From NCBI RefSeq assembly GCF_964355755.1, contig NC_092675.1, positions 13,550,912 through 13,614,911 on the forward strand: DNA of 64,000 nucleotides, in the 5' to 3' direction. The position numbers and the translations under genes are program-made. A model generated the notes under the pieces. The model worked only from the letters and a program-made list of their open reading frames with translations. It was not told where the DNA came from and did no database searches. Shown here piece after piece: positions 1 to 10,500 of this stretch. The first letter of the stretch is position 1; each line of letters begins with the position of its first letter. The stretch comes from Antedon mediterranea (Eukaryota; Animalia; Echinodermata).

Positions 1-87
1 GTGTTTAGAATAGCTTCAAATCGCATTTGGAGACGGTTTAGACCATTTTGTGATTTTGAAAAAACTTGTTAACATAAAAACACCAAA

Positions 88-175
88 GTGCTTAGAATAG
101 CTTCAAATCGCATTTGGAGACGTTTTAGACCATTTTGTGATTTTCGAAAAAACTTGTTAACATAAAAACACCAAA
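88..175 (+). repeat. Representative type-A monomer (88 bp), the most abundant class
   Basis: GTGCTTAGAATAGCTTCAAATCGCATTTGGAGACGTTTTAGACCATTTTGTGATTTTCGAAAAAACTTGTTAACATAAAAACACCAAA; 28/88 G+C. Occurs in runs of several copies with recurrent SNP sub-variants (TCGC/TCAC, GAGACG/GAAACG, CACC/CACG, TTCGA/TTTGA). Confidence 0.97.
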
Positions 176-263
176 GTGCTTAGAATAGCTTCAAATCGTA
201 TTTGGAGACGTTTTAGACCATTTTGAGATTTTCGAAAAAACTTGGTTACACAAAAACATCAAA
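176..263 (+). repeat. Type-E 'entry' monomer (88 bp) that opens the HOR core
   Basis: Diagnostic TCGTATTTGG head and TTTGAGATTTTCGAAAAAACTTGGTTACACAAAAACATCAAA tail. Followed by a type-B monomer in the copies inspected. Confidence 0.92.
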
Positions 264-340
264 GTGCTTAAAATCACATTATAAACCGTTTTAGACCATT
301 TTGAGCATTTCGATAACACTTTTCACACAAAAACATCAAA
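264..340 (+). repeat. Type-B short monomer (77 bp)
   Basis: GTGCTTAAAATCACATTATAAACCGTTTTAGACC... lacks the 10-bp TAGCTTCAAA segment of type A and has a tail 1 bp shorter. Followed by type C. Confidence 0.95.
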
Positions 341-427
341 GAGCACAAAATAGCTTAATATCGTATTTAAAAACGTTTTAGACCATTTTGAGCATTTCGA
401 CAAAACTTTTTCACACAAAACACCAAA
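341..427 (+). repeat. Type-C divergent monomer (87 bp)
   Basis: Head GAGCACAAAATAGCTTAATATCGTATTTAAAAACG. Three positional sub-variants have tails TTCGACAA, TTAGACAA and TTAGATAA (the last with an AAAATG head). Confidence 0.95.
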
Positions 428-515
428 GTGCTTAGAATAGCTTCAAATCGCATTTGGAGACGTTTTAGACCAATTTGTGCATTTCGATGAAACTTGATTA
501 CACAAAAACATCAAA
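428..515 (+). repeat. Type-D monomer (88 bp): A-type head with a distinct tail
   Basis: Tail AATTTGTGCATTTCGATGAAACTTGATTACACAAAAACATCAAA. Sister variant D2 has ATTTTGTGC...CTTGGTTACAC. Confidence 0.93.
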
Positions 516-1459
516 GTGCTTAAAATCACATTATAAACCGTTTTAGACCATTTTGAGCATTTCGATAACACTTTTCACACAAAAACATCAAAGAGCACAA
601 AATAGCTTAATATCGTATTTAAAAATGTTTTAGACCATTTTGAGCATTTAGATAAAACTTTTTCACACAAAACACCAAAGTGCTTAGAATAGCTTCAAAT
701 CGCATTTGGAGACGTTTTAGACCATTTTATGATTTTTGAAAAAACTTGTTAACATAAAAACACCAAAGTGCTTAGAATAGCTTCAAATCACATTTGGAGA
801 CGTTTTAGACCATTTTGTGATTTTCGAAAAAACTTGTTAACATAAAAACACGAAAGTGCTTAGAATAGCTTCAAATCGCATTTGGAAACGTTTTAGACCA
901 TTTTGTGATTTTCGAAAAAACTTGTTAACATAAAAACACGAAAGTGCTTAGAATAGCTTCAAATCGCATTTGGAGACGTTTTAGACCATTTTGTGATTTT
1001 CGAAAAAACTTGTTAACATAAAAACACGAAAGTGCTTAGAATAGCTTCAAATCACATTTGGAGACGTTTTAGACCATTTTGTGATTTTTGAAAAAACTTG
1101 TTAACATAAAAACACGAAAGTGCTTAGAATAGCTTCAAATCGCATTTGGAAACGTTTTAGACCAATTTGTGCATTTCGATGAAACTTGATTACACAAAAA
1201 CATCAAAGTGCTTAAAATCACATTATAAACCGTTTTAGACCATTTTGAGCATTTCGATAACACTTTTCACACAAAAACATTAAAGAGCACAAAATAGCTT
1301 AATATCGTATTTAAAAACGTTTTAGACCATTTTGAGCATTTAGACAAAACTTTTTCACACAAAACACCAAAGTGCTTAGAATAGCTTCAAATCGCATTTG
1401 GAGACGTTTTAGACCATTTTGTGCATTTCGATGAAACTTGGTTACACAAAAACATCAAA

Positions 1460-1536
1460 GTGCTTAAAATCACATTATAAATCGTTTTAGACCATTTTGA
1501 GCATTTCGACAAAACTTTTTCACACAAAATACCAAA
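1460..1536 (+). repeat. Type-F monomer (77 bp): B-type head fused to C-type tail
   Basis: GTGCTTAAAATCACATTATAAATCGTTTTAGACCATTTTGAGCATTTCGACAAAACTTTTTCACACAAAATACCAAA; follows D2. Confidence 0.9.
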
Positions 1537-4500
1537 GTGCTTAGAATAGCTTCAAATCGCATTTCGAGACGTTTTAGACCATTTTGTGATTTTCGAAAAA
1601 ACTTTTTAACATAAAAACACCAAAGTGCTTAGAATAGCTTCAAATCACATTTGGAGACATTTTAGACCATTTTGTGATTTTCAAAAAAAACTTGTTAACA
1701 TAAAAACACGAAAGTTCTTAGAATAGCTTCAAATCGCATTTGGAAACGTTTTAGACCATTTTGTGATTTTCGAAAAAAATTGTTAACATAAAAACACCAA
1801 AGTGCTTAGAATCACATTATAAACCGTTTTAGACCATTTTGAGCATTTCGATAACAATTTTCACACAAAAACATCAAAGAGCACAAAATAGCTTAATATC
1901 GTATTTAAAAATGTTTTAGACCATTTTGAGCATTTAGATAAAACTTTTTCACACAAAACACCAAAGTGCTTAGAATAGCTTCAAATCGCATTTGGAGACG
2001 TTTTAGACCATTTTGTGATTTTTGAAAAAACTTGTTAACATAAAAACACCAAAGTGCTTAGAATAGCTTCAAATCACATTTTGATACGTTTTAGCCCATT
2101 TTGTGATTTTCGAAAAAACATGTTAACATAAAAACACGAAAGTGCTTAGAATAGCTTCAAATCACATTTGGAGACGTTTTAGACCATTTTGTGATTTTTG
2201 AAAAAACTTGTTAACATAAAAACACGAAAGTGCTTAGAATAGCTTCAAATCGCATTTGGAAACGTTTTAGACCATTTTGTGATTTTCGAAAAAGATTGTT
2301 AACATAAAAACACCAAAGTGCTTAGAATCACATTATAAACCGTTTTAGACCATTTTGAGCATTTCGATAACAATTTTCACACAAAAACATCAAAGAGCAC
2401 AAAATAGCTTAATATCGTATTTAAAAATGTTTTAGACCATTTTGAGCATTTAGATAAAACTTTTTCACACAAAACACCAAAGTGCTTAGAATAGCTTCAA
2501 ATCGCATTTGGAGACGGTTTAGACCATTTTGTGATTTTGAAAAAACTTGTTAACATAAAAACACCAAAGTGCTTAGAATAGCTTCAAATCGCATTTGGAG
2601 ACGTTTTAGACCATTTTGTGATTTTCGAAAAAACTTGTTAACATAAAAACACCAAAGTGCTTAGAATAGCTTCAAATCGTATTTGGAGACGTTTTAGACC
2701 ATTTTGAGATTTTCGAAAAAACTTGGTTACACAAAAACATCAAAGTGCTTAAAATCACATTATAAACCGTTTTAGACCATTTTGAGCATTTCGATAACAC
2801 TTTTCACACAAAAACATCAAAGAGCACAAAATAGCTTAATATCGTATTTAAAAACGTTTTAGACCATTTTGAGCATTTCGACAAAACTTTTTCACACAAA
2901 ACACCAAAGTGCTTAGAATAGCTTCAAATCGCATTTGGAGACGTTTTAGACCAATTTGTGATTTTTGAAAAAACTTGTTAACATAAAAACACCAAAGTGC
3001 TTAGAATAGCTTCAAATCACATTTGGAGACGTTTTAGACCATTTTGTGATTTTCGAAAAAACTTGTTAACATAAAAACACGAAAGTGCTTAGAATAGCTT
3101 CAAATCGCATTTGGAGACGTTTTAGAACATTTTGTGTTTTTCGAAAAAAACTGTTAACATAAAAACACCAAAGTGCTTAGAATAGCTTCAAATCGCATTT
3201 GGAGACGTTTTAGACCATTTTGTGATTTTTGAAAAAACTTGTTAACATAAAAACACCAAAGTGCTTAGAATAGCTTCAAATCACATTTGGAGACGTTTTA
3301 GACCATTTTGTGATTTTCGAAAAAACTTGTTAACATAAAAACACGAAAGTGCTTAGAATAGCTTCAAATCGCATTTGGAAACGTTTTAGACCATTTTGTG
3401 ATTTTCGAAAAAACTTGTTAACATAAAAACACCAAAGTGTTTAGAATAGCTTCAAATCGCATTTGGAGACGTTTTAGACCAATTTGTGATTTTCGAAAAA
3501 ACTTATCAACATAAAAACACCAAAGTGCTTAGAATAGCTTCAAATCGCATTTGGAGACGGTTTAGACCATTTTGTGATTTTGAAAAAACTTGTTAACATA
3601 AAAACACCAAAGTGCTTAGAATAGCTTCAAATCGCATTTGGAGACGTTTTAGACCATTTTGTGATTTTCGAAAAAACTTGTTAACATAAAAACACCAAAG
3701 TGCTTAGAATAGCTTCAAATCGTATTTGGAGACGTTTTAGACCATTTTGAGATTTTCGAAAAAACTTGGTTACACAAAAACATCAAAGTGCTTAAAATCA
3801 CATTATAAACCGTTTTAGACCATTTTGAACATTTCGATAACACTTTTCACACAAAAACATCAAAGAGCACAAAATAGCTTAATATCGTATTTAAAAACGT
3901 TTTGGACCATTTTGAGCATTTCGACAAAACTTTTTCACACAAAACACCAAAGTGCTTAGAATAGCTTCAAATCGCATTTGGAGACGTTTTAGACCAATTT
4001 GTGCATTTTGATGAAACTTGATTACACAAAAACATCAACGTGCTTAAAATCACATTATAAACCGTTTTAGACCATTTTGAGCATTTCGATAACACTTTTC
4101 ACACAAAAACATCAAAGAGCACAAAATAGCTTAATATCGTATTTAAAAACGTTTTAGACCATTTTGAGCATTTAGACAAAACTTTTTCACACAAAACACC
4201 AAAGTGCTTAGAATAGCTTCAAATCGCATTTGGAGACGTTTTAGACCATTTTGTGCATTTCGATGAAACTTGGTTACACAAAAACATCAAAGTGCTTAAA
4301 ATCACATTATAAATCGTTTTAGACCATTTTGAGGATTTCGACAAAACTTTTTCACACCAAATACCAAAGGGCTTAGAATAGCTTCAAATCGCATTTGGAG
4401 ACGTTTTAGACCATTTTGTGATTTTCGAAAAAACTTTTTAACATAAAAACACCAAAGTGCTTAGAATAGCTTCAAATCACATTTGGAGACGTTTTAGACC

Positions 4501-7500
4501 ATTTTGTGATTTTCGAAAAAACTTGTTAACATAAAAACACGAAAGTGCTTAGAATAGCTTCAAATCGCAATTGGAAACGTTTTAGACCATTTTGTGATTT
4601 TCGAAAAAAATTGTTAACATAAAAACACCAAAGTGCTTAGAATCACATTATAAACCGTTTTAGACCATTTTGAGCATTTCGATAACAATTTTCACACAAA
4701 AACATCAAAGAGCACAAAATAGCTTAATATCGTATTTAAAAATGTTTTAGACCATTTTGAGCATTTAGATAAAACTTTTTCACACAAAACACCAAAGTGC
4801 TTAGAATAGCTTCAAATCGCATTTGGAGACGTTTTAGACCATTTTGTGATTTTTGAAAAAACTTGTTAACATAAAAACACCAAAGTGTTTAGAATAGCTT
4901 CAAATCGCATTTGGAGACGTTTTAGACCAATTTGTGATTTTCGAAAAAACTTATCAACATAAAAACACCAAAGGGTTTAGAATAGCTTCAAATCGCATTT
5001 GGAGACGTTTTAGACCATTTTGTGATTTTGAAAAAACTTGTTAACATAAAAACACCAAAGTGCTTAGAATAGCTTCAAATCGCATTTGGAGACGTTTTAG
5101 ACCATTTTGTGATTTTCGAAAAAACTTGTTAACATAAAAACACCAAAGTGCTTAGAATAGCTTCAAATCGTATTTGGAGACGTTTTAGACCATTTTGAGA
5201 TTTTCGAAAAAACTTGGTTACACAAAAACATCAAAGTGCTTAAAATCACATTATAAACCGTTTTAGACCATTTTGAGTATTTCGATAACACTTTTCACAC
5301 AAAAACATCAAAGAGCACAAAATAGCTTAATATCGTATTTAAAAACGTTTTAGACCATTTTGAGCATTTCGACAAAACTTTTTCACACAAAACACCAAAG
5401 TGCTTAGAATAGCTTCAAATCGCATTTGGAGACGTTTTAGACCAATTTGTGCATTTCGATGAAACTTGATTACACAAAAACATCAAAGTGCTTAAAATCA
5501 CATTATAAACCGTTTTAGACCATTTTGAGCATTTCGATAACACTTTTCACACAAAAACATCAAAGAGCACAAAATAGCTTAATATCGTATTTAAAAACGT
5601 TTTAGACCATTTTGAGCATTTAGACAAAACTTTTTCACACAAAACACCAAAGTGCTTAGAAAAGCTTCAAATCGCATTTGGAGACGTTTTAGACCATTTT
5701 GTGCATTTCGATGGAACTTGGTTACACAAAAACATCAAAGTGCTTAAAATCACATTATAAATCGTTTTAGACCATTTTGAGCATTTCGACAAAACTTTTT
5801 CACACAAAATACAAAAGTGCTTAGAATAGCTTCAAATCGCATTTGGAGACGTTTTAGACCATTTTGTGATTTTCGAAAAAACTTTTTAACATAAAAACAC
5901 CAAAGTGCTTAGAATAGCTTCAAATCACATTTGGAGACGTTTTAGACCATTTTGTGATTTTCGAAAAAACTTGTTAACATAAAAACACGAAAGTGCATAG
6001 AATAGCTTCAAATCGCATTTGGAAACGTTTTAGACCATTTTGTGATTTTCGAAAAAAATTGTTAACATAAAAACACCAAAGTGCTTAGAATCACATTATA
6101 AACCGTTTTAGACCATTTTGAGCATTTCGATAACAATTTTCACACAAAAACATCAAAGAGCACAAATTAGCTTAATATCGTATTTAAAAATGTTTTAGAC
6201 CATTTTGAGCATTTAGATAAAACTTTTTCACACAAAACACCAAAGTGCTTAGAATAGCTTCAAATCGCATTTGGAGACGTTTTAGACCATTTTGTGATTT
6301 TTGAAAAAACTTGTTAACATAAAAACACCAAAGTGCTTAGAATAGCTTCAAATCACATTTGGAGACGTTTTAGACCATTTTGTGATTTTCGAAAAAACTT
6401 GTTAACATAAAAACACGAAAGTGCTTAGAATAGCTTCAAATCGCATTTGGAAACGTTTTAGACCATTTTGTGATTTTCGAAAAAACTTGTTAACATAAAA
6501 ACACGAAAGTGCTTAGAATAGCTTCAAATCGCATTTGGAGACGTTTTAGACCATTTTGTGATTTTCGAAAAAACTTGTTAACATAAAAACACGAAAGTGC
6601 TTAGAATAGCTTCAAATCACATTTGGAGACGTTTTAGACCATTTTGTGATTTTTGAAAAAACTTGTTAACATAAAAACACGAAAGTGCTTAGAAAAACTT
6701 CAAATCGCATTTGGAAACGTTTTAGACCAATTTGTGCATTTCGATGAAACTTGATTACACAAAAACATCAAAGTGCTTAAAATCACATTATAAACCGTTT
6801 TAGACCATTTTGAGCATTTCGATAACACTTTTCACACAAAAACATTAAAGAGCACAAAATAGCTTAATATCGTATTTAAAAACGTTTTAGACCATTTTGA
6901 GCATTTAGACAAAACTTTTTCACACAAAACACCAAAGTGCTTAGAATAGCTTCAAATCGCATTTGGAGACGTTTTAGACCATTTTGTGCATTTCGATGAA
7001 ACTTGGTTACACAAAAACATCAAAGTGCTTAAAATCACATTATAAATCGTTTTAGACCATTTTGAGCATTTCGACAAAACTTTTTCACACAAAATACCAA
7101 AGTGCTTAGAATAGCTTCAAATCGCATTTCGAGACGTTTTAGACCATTTTGTGATTTTCGAAAAAACTTTTTAACATAAAAACACCAAAGTGCTTAGAAT
7201 AGCTTCAAATCACATTTGGAGACATTTTAGACCATTTTGTGATTTTCAAAAAAACTTGTTAACATAAAAACACGAAAGTTCTTAGAATAGCTTCAAATCG
7301 CATTTGGAAACGTTTTAGACCATTTTGTGATTTTCGAAAAAAATTGTTAACATAAAAACACCAAAGTGCTTAGAATCACATTATAAACCGTTTTAGACCA
7401 TTTTGAGCATTTCGATAACAATTTTCACACAAAAACATCAAAGAGCACAAAATAGCTTAATATCGTATTTAAAAATGTTTTAGACCATTTTGAGCATTTA

Positions 7501-10500
7501 GATAAAACTTTTTCACACAAAACACCAAAGTGCTTAGAATAGCTTCAAATCGCATTTGGAGACGTTTTAGACCATTTTGTGATTTTTGAAAAAACTTGTT
7601 AACATAAAAACACGAAAGTGCTTAGAATAGCTTCAAATCACATTTGGAGACGTTTTAGACCATTTTGTGATTTTTGAAAAAACTTGTTAACATAAAAACA
7701 CGAAAGTGCTTAGAATAGCTTCAAATCGCATTTGGAAACGTTTTAGACCATTTTGTGATTTTCGAAAAAGATTGTTAACATAAAAACACCAAAGTGCTTA
7801 GAATCACATTATAAACCGTTTTAGACCATTTTGAGCATTTCGATAACAATTTTCACACAAAAACATCAAAGAGCACAAAATAGCTTAATATCGTATTTAA
7901 AAATGTTTTAGACCATTTTGAGCATTTAGATAAAACTTTTTCACACAAAACACCAAAGTGCTTAGAATAGCTTCAAATCGCATTTGGAGACGTTTTAGAC
8001 CATTTTGTGATTTTTGAAAAAACTTGTTAACATAAAAACACCAAAGTGCTTAGAATAGCTTCAAATCACATTTTGATACGTTTTAGCCCATTTTGTGATT
8101 TTCGAAAAAACTTGTTAACATAAAAACACGAAAGTGCTTAGAATAGCTTCAAATCACATTTGGAGACGTTTTAGACCATTTTGTGATTTTTGAAAAAACT
8201 TGTTAACATAAAAACACGAAAGTGCTTAGAATAGCTTCAAATCGCATTTGGAAACGTTTTAGACCATTTTGTGATTTTCGAAAAAGATTGTTAACATAAA
8301 AACACCAAAGTGCTTAGAATCACAATATAAACCGTTTTAGACCATTTTGAGCATTTCGATAACAATTTTCACACAAAAACATCAAAGAGCACAAAATAGC
8401 TTAATATCGTATTTAAAAATGTTTTAGACCATTTTGAGCATTTAGATAAAACTTTTTCACACAAAACACCAAAGTGCTTAGAATAGCTTCAAATCGCATT
8501 TGGAGACGTTTTAGACCATTTTGTGATTTTCGAAAAAACTTGTTAACATAAAAACACCAAAGTGCTTAGAATAGCTTCAAATCGTATTTGGAGACGTTTT
8601 AGACCATTTTGAGATTTTCGAAAAAACTTGGTTACACAAAAACATCAAAGTGCTTAAAATCACATTATAAACCGTTTTAGACCATTTTGAGCATTTCGAT
8701 AACACTTTTCACACAAAAACATCAAAGAGCACAAAATAGCTTAATATCGTATTTAAAAACGTTTTAGACCATTTTGAGCATTTCGACAAAACTTTTTCAC
8801 ACAAAACACCAAAGTGCTTAGAATAGCTTCAAATCGCATTTGGAGACGTTTTAGACCAATTTGTGCATTTCGATGAAACTTGATTACACAAAAACATCAA
8901 AGTGCTTAAAATCACATTATAAACCGTTTTAGACCATTTTGAGCATTTCGATAACACTTTTCACACAAAAACATCAAAGAGCACAAAATAGCTTAATATC
9001 GTATTTAAAAACGTTTTAGACCATTTTGAGCATTTAGACAAAACTTTTTCACACAAAACACCAAAGTGCTTAGAATAGCTTCAAATCGCATTTGGAGACG
9101 TTTTAGACCATTTTGTGCATTTCGATGAAACTTGGTTACACAAAAACATCAAAGTGCTTAAAATCACATTATAAATCGTTTTAGACCATTTTGAGCATTT
9201 CGACAAAACTTTTTCACACAAAATACCAAAGTGCTTAAAATAGCTTCAAATCGCATTTCGAGACGTTTTAGACCATTTTGTGATTTTCGAAAAAACTTTT
9301 TAACATAAAAACACCAAAGTGCTTAGAATAGCTTCAAATCACATTTGGAGACATTTTAGACCATTTTGTGATTTTCGAAAAAACTTGTTAACATAAAAAC
9401 ACGAAAGTGCTTAGAATATCTTCAAATCGCATTTGGAAACGTTTTAGACCATTTTGTGATTTTCGAAAAAAATTGTTAACATAAAAACACCAAAGTGCTT
9501 AGAATCACATTATAAACCGTTTTAGACCATTTTGAGCATTTCGATAACAATTTTCACACAAAAACATCAAAGAGCACAAAATAGCTTAATATCGTATTTA
9601 AAAATGTTTTAGACCATTTTGAGCATTTAGATAAGACTTTTTCACACAAAACACCAAAGTCTTTAGAATAGCTTCAAATCGCATTTGGAGACGTTTTAGA
9701 CCATTTTGTGATTTTTTAAAAAACTTGTTAACATAAAAACACCAAAGTGCTTAGAATAGCTTCAAATCACATTTGGAGACGTTTTAGACCATTTTGTGAT
9801 TTTCGAAAAAACTTTTTAACATAAAAACACCAAAGTGCTTAGAATAGCTTCAAATCACATTTGGAGACGTTTTAGACCATTTTGTGATTTTTGAAAAAGA
9901 TTGTTAACATAAAAACACCAAAGTGCTTAGAATCACATTATAAACCGTTTTAGACCATTTTGAGCATTTCGATAACACTTTTCACACAAAAACATCAAAG
10001 AGCACAAAATAGCTTAATATCGTATTTAAAAACGTTTTAGACCATTTTGAGCATTTCGACAAAACTTTTTCACACAAAACACCAAAGTGCTTAGAATAGC
10101 TTCAAATCGCATTTGGAGACGTTTTAGACCAATTTGTGCATTTCAATGAAACTTGATTACACAAAAACATCAAAGTGCTTAAAATCACATTATAAACCGT
10201 TTTAGACCATTTTGAGCATTTCGATAACACTTTTCACACAAAAACATCAAAGAGCACAAAATAGCTTAATATCGTATTTAAAAACGTTTTAGACCATTTT
10301 GAGCATTTAGACAAAACTTTTTCACACAAAAAACCAAAGTGCTTAGAATAGCTTCAAATCGCAATTGGAGACGTTTTAGACCATTTTGTGCATTTCGATG
10401 GAACTTGGTTACACAAAAACATCAAAGTGCTTAAAATCACATTATAAATCGTTTTAGACCATTTTGAGCATTTCGACAAAACTTTTTCACACAAAATACA

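Larger units (their letters stand above)
264..515 (+). repeat. 252-bp B-C-D trimer, the inner higher-order unit
   Basis: 77+87+88=252. B restarts at 516. The trimer is typically present twice per HOR core (B-C-D-B-C'-D2). Confidence 0.92.

Noticed and set aside
140-160. Possible CENP-B box around TTCG
   Set aside because: Only the TTCG and A positions match. The required downstream CGGG of NTTCGNNNNANNCGGGN is absent.
264-427. TATA-like or -10-like motifs (TTATAAA, TATTTAAA) and T-runs as promoters or terminators
   Set aside because: They are expected in AT-rich repeats, recur in every B/C monomer and have no associated gene.
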